Sequence record: PX423614.1
Direction: 5' to 3' (one strand)
DNA: 64,000 nucleotides
Origin: a phage
The position numbers were made by a program, and so were the translations under genes. Position 1 is the stretch's first letter. The number at the start of each line of letters is the position of its first letter. Positions 27,397 to 36,593 of the stretch are shown here, in pieces. The notes beneath the pieces were generated by a model that saw only the letters and a program-made list of their open reading frames with translations, had not been told where the DNA came from and ran no database searches.

Positions 27397-28137
27397 ATGT
27401 CTATGATCCCTGAACTGTCTGTATCCCGTAAATCCAACTACGATGTAATCCCTGATGGTGAGTACGAAGCACGTATTGTTCGTGTTGTAGGTTTGGGTGT
27501 TCACAATCGTGACCCTTGGATTGACCCTAAAACCAAAGCAGTTACTCCTAAGAACCCAGCTTTCCGTATGGACTTAGCTTTTGAGCTGATTGGCGTAGAT
27601 GCAACAGGGACTGATAATGAAGGCAAACCTCTGGACCCTCGTCCTGCTTGCCAGTTTAAATCTTTTGATGTAAACCCACGAGCTAAGAACTCTGGTATTC
27701 TAAATCTGATTAAAATGATCGACCCAAGTGTTCAAGCACTGAAAGGTGATTTGGGTTGGTTTAAAGATATGCTGTTAGGTCAGCCTGTTAACATTCTGGT
27801 TAACTCTTACACCAATAAAGCTGGTGAGAAGAAAAACTCCATTAAAAGCATCACTCCAATCCCGACTAAATATCGTGACGCGGTAGGTGCTCCTCGTAGT
27901 GAGTTGATCTTCTTCGAACCATATGCTGAGACTGATGCTAACTTAGCTGCTTATCAAGCAATCTTCCCATTCCAACGTAACCTCTTGACTCAAGCTAATG
28001 ATGCTAAGAACATTCCTCTGGCTGGTCGTGAAGTTACCAAAGCTTCTGACACTGAACAGAAGGACGCAACTCCGAGTATCCCTACTATTAATGAAGAGCC
28101 GCAGTCTACCTTTGAAGAGGACGACTCTCCATTCTAA
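27397..28137 (+). CDS. putative single-stranded DNA-binding protein (T7 gp2.5-like)
   Basis: Acidic C-terminal tail ending in Phe (EEPQSTFEEDDSPF), as recalled for gp2.5; sits with replisome genes; fold not verified. Confidence 0.45.
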   Translation: MSMIPELSVSRKSNYDVIPDGEYEARIVRVVGLGVHNRDPWIDPKTKAVTPKNPAFRMDLAFELIGVDATGTDNEGKPLDPRPACQFKSFDVNPRAKNSGILNLIKMIDPSVQALKGDLGWFKDMLLGQPVNILVNSYTNKAGEKKNSIKSITPIPTKYRDAVGAPRSELIFFEPYAETDANLAAYQAIFPFQRNLLTQANDAKNIPLAGREVTKASDTEQKDATPSIPTINEEPQSTFEEDDSPF

Positions 28138-28159
28138 GAATCTCTCCTTGTAATAGCTT

Positions 28160-28182
28160 AGCCACCTTCGGGTGGCTTTTTT
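28160..28182 (+). terminator. rho-independent terminator with UUCG tetraloop
   Basis: AGCCACC-TTCG-GGTGGCT followed by TTTTTT. Confidence 0.7.
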
Positions 28183-28195
28183 CGTTGGAGTTAAA

Positions 28196-28543
28196 ATGGA
28201 AAACCTTAAACACACTATAGGTTTTATAGTCTTCATAGCTCTTGTTTTCTTTGGAGGTGTTAGGTTCGAGCAACTTCGAAATGACAGTAAAGCTCTTGAC
28301 CAAGAGAAGAAACAACAAGAGATAGAGATTGAGAGAGCTAAGGCTGCTGATGAAGTGGCTCAGAGAGTTCTGACTGGTTTATCAAACTGGAAGAAGAACA
28401 CGGAAACTATTTACAAAGAGATGCATTATGAAAAAACTAAGCCAGTTTTTTACAATGTGTGTGCTAGCGATGAGTATGTCAGCTTGTTCAACGAGCGACA
28501 ACAGCAGGCAGTTAGTGCCCTTACCAACAAACCTAAAAACTGA
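28196..28543 (+). CDS. putative i-spanin (Rz-like; N-terminal TM plus periplasmic coiled coil)
   Basis: RBS GGAG then ATG 28196; TM segment IGFIVFIALVFFGG; coiled-coil QEKKQQEIEIERAKAADE; overlapped by lipoprotein ORF. Confidence 0.45.
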   Translation: MENLKHTIGFIVFIALVFFGGVRFEQLRNDSKALDQEKKQQEIEIERAKAADEVAQRVLTGLSNWKKNTETIYKEMHYEKTKPVFYNVCASDEYVSLFNERQQQAVSALTNKPKN

Positions 28544-28688
28544 GTGTGATGTAGACCTCCCTTTACTTCAGAGTGGACAGGGAGTAGCACTTGCAACAAC
28601 ACTTGAGTGGTATCAGGATAATTATATAACCTGTGCTGCTAATCACAATGGTTTACTTAAAGCTCTCAAAGAGAGAGGGATACAATGA
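28428..28688 (+). CDS. putative o-spanin (Rz1-like lipoprotein) overlapping the i-spanin 3' end
   Basis: Signal sequence ending in lipobox-like MSAC; Pro-containing mature region; out-of-frame overlap with previous gene. Confidence 0.4.
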   Translation: MKKLSQFFTMCVLAMSMSACSTSDNSRQLVPLPTNLKTECDVDLPLLQSGQGVALATTLEWYQDNYITCAANHNGLLKALKERGIQ

Positions 28689-28909
28689 TAAGAGCAGAAC
28701 TTACAATACCAGAAGGCGTTACTCAACTTCATGCAGTATGGGAATACAACAATCAAGTTTGGGGACGAACCTTTAAGTTCTTTGTAGATGGAGATCAATC
28801 CTATTGGGCCTATTATGACTCTGAAGAAGATATGTGGATTAAGGTAAGTGGTATTCAGACAGCCATTCCTTGTCCTGACACAGCAATGTATCTATTCTGT
28901 GTAGCCTAA
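28685..28909 (+). CDS. hypothetical small protein (74 aa)
   Basis: ORF track; ATGA overlap. Confidence 0.4.
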   Translation: MIRAELTIPEGVTQLHAVWEYNNQVWGRTFKFFVDGDQSYWAYYDSEEDMWIKVSGIQTAIPCPDTAMYLFCVA

Positions 28910-28933
28910 CATAAAGTAAGTTAAGGACGACTT

Positions 28934-29584
28934 ATGAAGAAGAAGACAACACCCACACGCTATCGTATTCATGGCATTCCTATTAAATATTATCCAACCT
29001 TCGATGAATTTTATCGAGAGAACTGGAAAGTTGTGCATAAGTATTTTATGTATGACATTAAAGATTATCACGAGGCAGAGGATGTTGCTCAGGAAGTGTT
29101 ACTGAACGCTTGGCGTTTTGTATTTGCAAAGCAAGAAGAACTTCTGCTCACTGATGAAAAAGATATTGAGCACATGACTTATCGTGTCAAGAATATCATC
29201 TGGTCGATTCGTTCTAATCGTCAGACAGTTGGAGACCGACGTATCTACTCTATTCCAGAAGCTGATATGTTTAGACCTCCTGAGATGAATTCATGGGAAA
29301 GTCCTTTAGAGATTGCGATGGATAAGCATGATTCTACTGGAGACCCGTTCTTGGAATCTAGAATCTTTTTCTTCTTCCAAGACCTGAGTGACATTATGGA
29401 AAACCGTAAGATGGCAAGCATGTTCTCAATGCTCTTTCTCGGCATCCCACATGATCACATCCAGCAAGAGTTGGGAATTTCACACGGAACCTTCTATCGT
29501 CGTTATTCAGAGAATCGTGATCTGTATGAAGCGGTAGTAGAGAAGCACTTTGATAAAGAAGATCTTCAAGGGATGATTCAATAA
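28934..29584 (+). CDS. putative ECF-like sigma factor
   Basis: [17 protein letters not shown] resembles sigma-70 region 2; C-terminal [13 protein letters not shown] resembles region 4 HTH. Confidence 0.45.
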   Translation: MKKKTTPTRYRIHGIPIKYYPTFDEFYRENWKVVHKYFMYDIKDYHEAEDVAQEVLLNAWRFVFAKQEELLLTDEKDIEHMTYRVKNIIWSIRSNRQTVGDRRIYSIPEADMFRPPEMNSWESPLEIAMDKHDSTGDPFLESRIFFFFQDLSDIMENRKMASMFSMLFLGIPHDHIQQELGISHGTFYRRYSENRDLYEAVVEKHFDKEDLQGMIQ

Positions 29585-30180
29585 TGAGTAAACCATTAGT
29601 AGTAATTCTGAATGGACCACCGGGTTGTGGTAAAGATACAATCGCTAATTCTTGGTTAGAGAAAACACTTGGTAACACCGAGTTTAGGCCGCATGTAAAG
29701 GCTTTTAAGGAGCCTATGTATCGAGTGGCTGCTGCTGCATTAGGTCTACCTCTTTATGAGTTCATGGAGCTGTACAACGACCGTGAGTGGAAAGAACATA
29801 GCCGTCCTGAATGGGACGGTAAGTCAGTTCGAGACTTGATGATTGCAACTAGTGAGAACTATCTGAAGCCCATGTTTGGTGAGACCTGCATGGGTAAACT
29901 TGCTGTTAGCAGTATTCAACAACGCACCCCAACACAGAATGATGTTATTGTATTCTCTGACGGTGGGTTTAAAGCAGAAGTTGAAGAACTGGAAAAACAT
30001 TTCCATGTTCGAGTAGTTCAGATTCTCCGAGATGGATGCTCCTTTGAAGGGGACTCCCGTTCTTATATCGAAGGAATAAACCTACCAACCTACCTCCTCT
30101 TTAATGACCGTTCTGTAGAAGAGGCAGTGGAGGATTTGGAGTGGATTATTGAGGGGACACGGAGAGGTCTCTATGTCTGA
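29584..30180 (+). CDS. P-loop nucleotide/nucleoside kinase (dNMP kinase-like)
   Basis: Walker A ILNGPPGCGKDT near N-terminus; size and position like phage dNMP kinases. Confidence 0.6.
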   Translation: MSKPLVVILNGPPGCGKDTIANSWLEKTLGNTEFRPHVKAFKEPMYRVAAAALGLPLYEFMELYNDREWKEHSRPEWDGKSVRDLMIATSENYLKPMFGETCMGKLAVSSIQQRTPTQNDVIVFSDGGFKAEVEELEKHFHVRVVQILRDGCSFEGDSRSYIEGINLPTYLLFNDRSVEEAVEDLEWIIEGTRRGLYV

Positions 30181-30994
30181 TGTAGTCTATCCTGAAGTAG
30201 CAATTGTGGATGCAGATGTTCTACGGTATGAAGTTGGTGCTCTTACACAAGAGCATCCATTCCTAGATACAGGTCGTGTTCCGGTTGATTATGGATTCTT
30301 AATTGAACGTCTCCAACACAAAATTGATGTAATCATTGCAAGGTCAGGTTGTGAGAAAATAATCTTTTACTTCAGTGAAGGTGGTAATTTTCGGTTTGAT
30401 ATTGCTAAGCAGCAAGGTTATAAAGCTAATCGACCACCGGGAGAAAGACCTCACCACTGGCAAAATGTTAGTGACTACATTAAAGAGAATTACGAATACG
30501 TAGAAGTTTTTGGGAGAGAGGCAGATGATGCCTTAGCTGAAAGACAGAGACGTGATAAGAACACTATCATTTGCACCCGTGATAAAGACTTGTTAATCAC
30601 TCCCGGATGGCATTACCGTTGGGCTTGCGGGGAGAGACAGAAAGAGGTACCTCCTCATTATGTATCAGAGGAAGTAGCATGGCAGAACTTCTTCTACCAG
30701 ATGCTGATCGGGGATAGCACAGATAATATTCCCGGATGTGGTGAGAAGGTTGAAATGATGTGGGGTGGCAATCTAGTAATGCGTCGTAAAGGCATTGGTA
30801 GTAAGGCTGCAATCAAACTTATTGAGAAGGTATTCGATAAGTGGACTCTTTATCATATTATACGAATGGAATACTATAAAAGGTTCGAGGAAGAAGCAGA
30901 AGATAAGATGTTAGAAAACGCTCGATTGCTCTTCGTTGGACAAGCTGAAGGTGACCTCTTTGATTGGTCATGGTTAGATAAAACTTGGGAATAA
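30173..30994 (+). CDS. 5'-3' exonuclease / flap endonuclease (T7 gp6-like)
   Basis: ATG 30173 overlapping upstream stop; acidic clusters and YKANR motif typical of FEN-type 5' nucleases. Confidence 0.65.
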   Translation: MSDVVYPEVAIVDADVLRYEVGALTQEHPFLDTGRVPVDYGFLIERLQHKIDVIIARSGCEKIIFYFSEGGNFRFDIAKQQGYKANRPPGERPHHWQNVSDYIKENYEYVEVFGREADDALAERQRRDKNTIICTRDKDLLITPGWHYRWACGERQKEVPPHYVSEEVAWQNFFYQMLIGDSTDNIPGCGEKVEMMWGGNLVMRRKGIGSKAAIKLIEKVFDKWTLYHIIRMEYYKRFEEEAEDKMLENARLLFVGQAEGDLFDWSWLDKTWE

Positions 30995-31004
30995 GGATAT
31001 TATA

Positions 31005-31196
31005 ATGGGTAAATTTGACTATCGTTCGTATGATGAAAACTCCTCTACTCGTGAATCTCGTAAAGATCAAAAGATTAAGCACCAAGCATTTGATCGTCGC
31101 ACAGGTCGTATCCCTCGTGCTGATAAAGAATCACACCGAGTCAATAAACGCATTTGGGAAGACGCTGATATGGATGTAGGTTATGGCGAAAGCTGA
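31005..31196 (+). CDS. hypothetical small basic protein (63 aa)
   Basis: ORF track. Confidence 0.4.
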   Translation: MGKFDYRSYDENSSTRESRKDQKIKHQAFDRRTGRIPRADKESHRVNKRIWEDADMDVGYGES

Positions 31197-31587
31197 GAAG
31201 ACAAGATGCTCTGGTCAGTGGACTGAAGCACGTTATAACTCCTTCATTAAGTCAGGGATTCGTTCTCTGACTAGGAAATGGAAACCTATGTTTGATTCTC
31301 TCAAAGAAGCTCAGACAGAACGTAAAATCAACCCTAAAACTGGCAAACTGGCAATGCACTATAAGTGTGCTATGTGTGGTAATGATTCTCCTCTTAAAGA
31401 CGTAGCAGTAGACCATATAGAGCCTATTGTTCCAGTGGACCATGAAGCTACTTGGGATGAAATCATCGAGAGGGCTTTAGTTGAGAAAGATGGTTTTCAA
31501 GTCTTATGCAAAGAGCCTTGCCATAAGATAAAAACTAAGGAAGAGAATGATGCAAGACGCGAATTTAAAAAATCTAGAGACTCCTGA
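31183..31587 (+). CDS. HNH endonuclease
   Basis: CAMCGN...DHIEPIVPVDHEATWDE...LCKEPCHKIKT HNH-like zinc/His-Me finger. Confidence 0.55.
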   Translation: MAKAEKTRCSGQWTEARYNSFIKSGIRSLTRKWKPMFDSLKEAQTERKINPKTGKLAMHYKCAMCGNDSPLKDVAVDHIEPIVPVDHEATWDEIIERALVEKDGFQVLCKEPCHKIKTKEENDARREFKKSRDS

Positions 31588-31849
31588 AGAAAGAGAAGTC
31601 TTTGAATCTATGAACAAGGAAAACACACATGATCAAGTATCTACGAAACAAGTTCTTCGCTTTAGCTATCGTAATTGGAGAGGCGAAGTTGCAGACCGCT
31701 CCGTTATTCCTTTACGAACCTCAGTTGCTTCTTCCCGTTATCATAATGGGGGCAAACCTTGTTGGATAATGACCGCTTGGGACAACGACAAGAACGACAT
31801 TCGAGAGTTCAAACTCTCTGATATTATTAAGTATTATGATTTAATCTAG
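31547..31849 (+). CDS. hypothetical protein (100 aa)
   Basis: ORF track; last gene of + block. Confidence 0.4.
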   Translation: MMQDANLKNLETPEEREVFESMNKENTHDQVSTKQVLRFSYRNWRGEVADRSVIPLRTSVASSRYHNGGKPCWIMTAWDNDKNDIREFKLSDIIKYYDLI

Positions 31850-32029
31850 GAGATTTTATGATTGAAGAAGAAAATTGGGATGTATGACGAATTTGATGGA
31901 TTCTAGTAGCCTTGGGTTTTCTCTTTGTTCTAATAGTTCCTATTAAGAGTAAGGACACACCCCTACTGTACAGTAGATATGGCAAGAGAAGTGATAAAGG
32001 TTTGATATAAAACGTCGAACCTGTATCTA

Positions 32030-32079
32030 GAAATAAAGAAGCCCCCTTCCTTTTTACAGGTTGGGGGCTTTTCTTGTTT
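32030..32079. terminator. bidirectional rho-independent terminator between convergent gene blocks
   Basis: AAGCCCCC...GGGGGCTT stem with inner CCT/AGG pairs, T-rich runs on both sides; immediately 3' of the 1481-aa gene stop (32078-32080). Confidence 0.6.
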
Positions 32080-35000
32080 ACTCCTTAGCTCGAACTCTAA
32101 CACGAAGTTTAGCTTGACGCTTACTTCTCTCCAACTTGTCAGACAGAGAACCACGTTTGACTTTCAACTCTCCCTCGTCATTATACTTCTCCAAGAACTG
32201 TAAATACTCTTGTCGAGTAGTTGTCTTGTAAGAAGGAATCTTAGCATTAGGATTCGCTTCAATCACACGTCTAATCTTAGCTACATCATCCCTCCCTAAA
32301 AGTTTCCCTTTAGCTTGTTCTGCTGTAGAACCAAAGATTTTCTCAAGTGCTCGAGATTTGTTACCACCTGCTGAAGCAGCACCAAGTTTCGCAATAGCAG
32401 AATAATCATCAGCACTAAACCAAGCCACTGGATTATCTCCATAACGTTTCTTGTTCTCAGCAGCAGTCTGTAGAGCACGCACAAATCGACGGTTGTTACC
32501 AGCCTTATCTGCACCATGAACCCTATCTAGAACCTCTGCAACACTCGCCAACTCCTGCAAGTCTTTCCCTTCAATAAAAGCTTTCTCTGCTTTGTTAGCA
32601 AAGTCATCTTCCTGCTTCTTAATACTTTCAAGAATATCAGAGTTAGCCTGAGATCTTTCATCCTCAGGTAGAGCCGAACGAATCTTCTCCATTTCTTTCT
32701 CTTCATCTAAAAGTTTCTTAAAGTCAGAATCAACTTTACGAGCATCTTCGATAGCTTTTGATGTTTCTGCATCAAGGTCAGAAGCTTTCCCATCTGCATC
32801 ACCAGTTGCCTTAGCAATCTCTCTTTCGATTGGAGTAGCTGTTTCATACTTCTTAACAAACTTCTCTACGTCAGATTCGATACGAGCACGAGCATTCTGA
32901 TGTTCCACTGGAGTCATAGGTTTCTCTAACAAAGCATACCGATTGTCCATATAAGAACCAGCATACGCTTCAGCATCCTCCCTAGAAACCCCCTTCTCTT
33001 CCAGAGTATTGACTAAACGCTTATGAATGTCATCACGTTGACGTTGAACTGCCATTAGGTCATTCTCTCGTTCCTGAGCTTCTTTCAGAGCCTTATCTCT
33101 CTTCACTCTAGAATCAATATCAAACCTACGGTTCATTTCCTCAGCCTGTTCATACATCCTATTCCACTTAGCCTCACGAGCATCTTCCTCTGCTTCGGTC
33201 AAACGACGTTTGCGATCGAGATAATCACTCTCAGCGTTGTGAATACGTTCAATAATACTACGGAAACGCTCTGGTGGTACTGGAGAGTTTTTATCGTGGT
33301 GAGCAGCAAGCTGTTTCAAAGTACGACCTTCCTGAGCTTCTCTGACACTTTCAGGCAATTCTTTGAACATCTTCTCCATCTCGGATTTCTGAGCCGCTAT
33401 AGCTTCCAAGGACTGCTTTTCAGCTTCCATAGCTGCCTTGGCATCATTACGAGCCTTAGCTCTGTTACGGAGCGTCTCAAGACGTTCTTGACGTGCTTGC
33501 AAGTGTTTAGCCGCTGCTTCGTATTGAGAGTTCTTGTTAGCCTTGTTGAACATGTTAACTTCTCGGTTATAGGTATTAATAAACCCATCCCACACATCCT
33601 TCATTTGACCAACTTCCAAAGCCTCAACCCTTCCAGCTTTCTCTGAAGATTTAAACTTACTCTCCACAAAGTCTTCCATGATCTTACGCATAGCATCTTT
33701 CTGAGCAGGACGTAAAGGTTCTGCATCAAGCAGTGTACCAATTTCATCCTGAAGCTCTTTCTTCTGATCTACCAGTTTAGGAGCATCTTTCTTGTCAAAC
33801 GCTTTATTCTCTTCCAGAGCCTCTCGATAGAGACGGTCAAATTCATCATCTCTCTGTTTCTGATATAAACGTTCAGCTCTTCGTTTCAGTGAATCTAGGC
33901 TTGTGACGTTTCCACCCAAACCCTTCTCTTCAGCACGTAAAGCCTTAGTAGCAATATCAGAAGGCAATCCACGCTCTTTTACCCAATCAGCAAAAGAAGA
34001 ACGAACATGTTGAGACTTAGCAGAAGCAATACCTTGCTGTGAAGCTAGCTGGTTTCTAGCCATCTCTTCATGACGCTGTGTGTTGTTTGCTTGGTCTTCC
34101 TGACGGATACGACGCATAAGCTCTTTAGGGTCTCCTTTATAAGAAAGGAAGTTTTCCGCAGTAGCTTTAGCTTTAGCAGCAGCCGAATACAAAGAACGAG
34201 CAAATCGGTCAGCACGATCTTTTGTTGCCTGACGGGCAGCAGTTGACATGGAAGCCAGACGCTCTACACCGAGTGATGGTTTAACAGGCTCAGGAGCCTT
34301 CTCAGGAGCTTTAGGCGCACGAGCAGGTAATGGCTCAGGTTTCTCTTGAGGTTCCTCTACGGTCTTCTCAGGAGCTTCTTTGGCACGTTCTGCTTCCTCT
34401 GCTTCTTGACGTTTCTTCGCTTCTGCTACAGCCCTGCGCTGAGCTACTAGCTCTCTCGCTGTCAATGCTTCTTGCTGTGGTTCAGGTTCTGGAGTAGTGC
34501 TTTCTTGAGCCTGAGCAGCTTCCGCTTCTTGACGTCTAAGTTCTGCTTGTTGTAGAGCACGTCTTTGAGCAACTAAATCTCTTGCCGTAAGAGGTGTTTC
34601 AGTAGGAGCTGGAGAGGAAGGAATTTCTTCCGTCACAGTAGTAGCAGAAGGCTCCTCACGAACCGGTTCGGAAGGGGCATCATTTTGGGTACGGAATTTG
34701 ATGTCTTCTGTGGTTGGTTCTTCTTCCATTTTTGCTCTTGCTTCTTCGGCTTGAGTTCTAGCTCGTTGTACTTCTAAATCCGCTCTAGCCAAAGAACGAA
34801 TAGCTTCACTATTAGCTGACTGTTGTTTCTCTCGTTGAGCACGAGCACGGTCAGAAGTGAAACGATTAAGCACATACTTAGCCGCACCAAGAGGATTCTT
34901 AACCAAGACAGGAGCTGGAGCTTCACGGAAACCATCATCAGTCAGAGAGGTCCAACCGCGATCTTGGTTGCTCATGAACTTAGCCGTGTTATTTAAAGTG

Positions 35001-36523
35001 AAAGCATCTTGAATAGGATTAAACCCTTCAGGCATACCTTTCAGTTTCTTCAACCCACCAATAGCCTTCTTCATCTCTGGAGAAACATTCTCAGAGAGTT
35101 TTTGCAACTGAGTAGCTTTATCAATAAAGTTATTTAGATCTTCACCATCACGAGCTTTGAAACGATTTGCTTCACTGTAGAAGGTCTTGTAGGCATCAAT
35201 AAAGTCACGGTCAGCTTGTGTACGATTCTTAATGTCAATAGCACTACCGGTAAAGTCACCACTCGCTCGGAGAGCTACTAACTCTCGGTCTAGGTTGTCT
35301 AGAACATCAGTAAGAGCTTTGGTGTTGTCTTTAGTGTAGTCAGCCATCGCATCTTTCATTGCTACAGCTTGTTTCTGGTTATACTCATTGTCAGCAAAAG
35401 CTTTACCTTGAGTCTTCTTAGGAGAAGCTAAAGGATTGAGACCGGGAACGTTAGAACTGTCTTTCTGAACAGTAGCAGCCTTCTCTGCACGACTTTGGTC
35501 TGTATTTAAGATGCGCTGAACAGCAGGAGAATCCATAGCAACTGCATCAGTGATACGGAAACCGTTTTCATCTAGAAGATTTAAAGCAGAAGCAGCATTA
35601 GCATTCTCAGCTTTAGAGTAGGCTTCACGAAGTTCATCAGCATTAGCAGCTTTACGAATCACTTCATCTTCAGCAGCAATGTCAGTTTTAACATGCTCAG
35701 GAGTACGGTCAAATACTTGAGGGCTAGAACGACTTATCAATCCATGAACCCCACCAATTGCCCCACCATAAGCAGCACCAAGTGCACCCTCTTCAATAGC
35801 CCCTTCTAAGACATTAGCGAGAGTAGTATCATCCCCATGTTTGTTCTGAGCTTCAGCAGCACCTACAATAGCACCACCCTTAGCACCCGCAACTGCGTTG
35901 GAAGCTACGCTCTGTCCTACACGACCAAGAGTCGTAGAAGCTGTACCAGTCATACCCGGAAGGATTTTCTGAGCAGCGTAGTTAGCGCCACCAACAAGAG
36001 CAGCATCCAGAACTGATTTGTCTTCATCTTCTTTTGGAGTTTGGTCAGCATATGCACGACCTGTTTCACGAGCCGCAATAACAGCAGCAGCAACAGCAGG
36101 GTTTGCAACTGTCAAACCAATATCAGCAGCAACTCCAGCATACTGACCAGCTGTTTTACCAAAACCATCTTCTATCTTAGATAAGCGCTCTTCCAACAAT
36201 TGCTTGGAGTTCTCTTGAATACGCTTACCGTAGCTTGTTTCTGAACCAGTTAAGTTTTCACCAATCTCTACCAGCCCACCTATACCTCTAGCAGCACTAG
36301 CTGCAATGTTAGCACCACCAGATTGAAGAGCGTTAGACACACCTTGAGCAAACTCCCCAATAGCACCTCGTTCTTCTTGTTGTGGTTGCTCTTGTGGTTG
36401 AGTCTCAGGAATAGTGCCCCCTGCTGCCTTGTATTGTTCTCTCATTTGAGCCTGTTGCTCTGGAGAGGCATTCAGATACGCAGGAGCTTTGGAAGCTTCT
36501 TCCCACGATTTTAAATTAGCCAT
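32078..36523 (-). CDS. large alpha-helical virion protein (1481 aa), likely internal/ejection or tape-measure-like protein
   Basis: Very long ORF rich in Ala/Glu/Lys/Gln with coiled-coil character; last gene of structural block. Confidence 0.7.
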   Translation of the reverse strand: MANLKSWEEASKAPAYLNASPEQQAQMREQYKAAGGTIPETQPQEQPQQEERGAIGEFAQGVSNALQSGGANIAASAARGIGGLVEIGENLTGSETSYGKRIQENSKQLLEERLSKIEDGFGKTAGQYAGVAADIGLTVANPAVAAAVIAARETGRAYADQTPKEDEDKSVLDAALVGGANYAAQKILPGMTGTASTTLGRVGQSVASNAVAGAKGGAIVGAAEAQNKHGDDTTLANVLEGAIEEGALGAAYGGAIGGVHGLISRSSPQVFDRTPEHVKTDIAAEDEVIRKAANADELREAYSKAENANAASALNLLDENGFRITDAVAMDSPAVQRILNTDQSRAEKAATVQKDSSNVPGLNPLASPKKTQGKAFADNEYNQKQAVAMKDAMADYTKDNTKALTDVLDNLDRELVALRASGDFTGSAIDIKNRTQADRDFIDAYKTFYSEANRFKARDGEDLNNFIDKATQLQKLSENVSPEMKKAIGGLKKLKGMPEGFNPIQDAFTLNNTAKFMSNQDRGWTSLTDDGFREAPAPVLVKNPLGAAKYVLNRFTSDRARAQREKQQSANSEAIRSLARADLEVQRARTQAEEARAKMEEEPTTEDIKFRTQNDAPSEPVREEPSATTVTEEIPSSPAPTETPLTARDLVAQRRALQQAELRRQEAEAAQAQESTTPEPEPQQEALTARELVAQRRAVAEAKKRQEAEEAERAKEAPEKTVEEPQEKPEPLPARAPKAPEKAPEPVKPSLGVERLASMSTAARQATKDRADRFARSLYSAAAKAKATAENFLSYKGDPKELMRRIRQEDQANNTQRHEEMARNQLASQQGIASAKSQHVRSSFADWVKERGLPSDIATKALRAEEKGLGGNVTSLDSLKRRAERLYQKQRDDEFDRLYREALEENKAFDKKDAPKLVDQKKELQDEIGTLLDAEPLRPAQKDAMRKIMEDFVESKFKSSEKAGRVEALEVGQMKDVWDGFINTYNREVNMFNKANKNSQYEAAAKHLQARQERLETLRNRAKARNDAKAAMEAEKQSLEAIAAQKSEMEKMFKELPESVREAQEGRTLKQLAAHHDKNSPVPPERFRSIIERIHNAESDYLDRKRRLTEAEEDAREAKWNRMYEQAEEMNRRFDIDSRVKRDKALKEAQERENDLMAVQRQRDDIHKRLVNTLEEKGVSREDAEAYAGSYMDNRYALLEKPMTPVEHQNARARIESDVEKFVKKYETATPIEREIAKATGDADGKASDLDAETSKAIEDARKVDSDFKKLLDEEKEMEKIRSALPEDERSQANSDILESIKKQEDDFANKAEKAFIEGKDLQELASVAEVLDRVHGADKAGNNRRFVRALQTAAENKKRYGDNPVAWFSADDYSAIAKLGAASAGGNKSRALEKIFGSTAEQAKGKLLGRDDVAKIRRVIEANPNAKIPSYKTTTRQEYLQFLEKYNDEGELKVKRGSLSDKLERSKRQAKLRVRVRAKE

Positions 36524-36593
36524 AACGTCTCCTTATAAATAAAAATGTCCTACCTCCTATATACATTATAAGAGATAGGACTTAGGTCTTAGA

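Noticed and set aside
31850-32078. Possible tRNA or ncRNA in the convergent junction
   Set aside because: Only a palindrome and a terminator hairpin seen; no tRNA-like structure
33239-33646. + strand ORF (135 aa) inside the 1481-aa - strand gene
   Set aside because: Antisense shadow ORF within a long coding region; low-complexity translation and no RBS. The same reasoning applies to other embedded antisense ORFs (37098..37478, 40148..40720, 50657..51456, 55667..56191)
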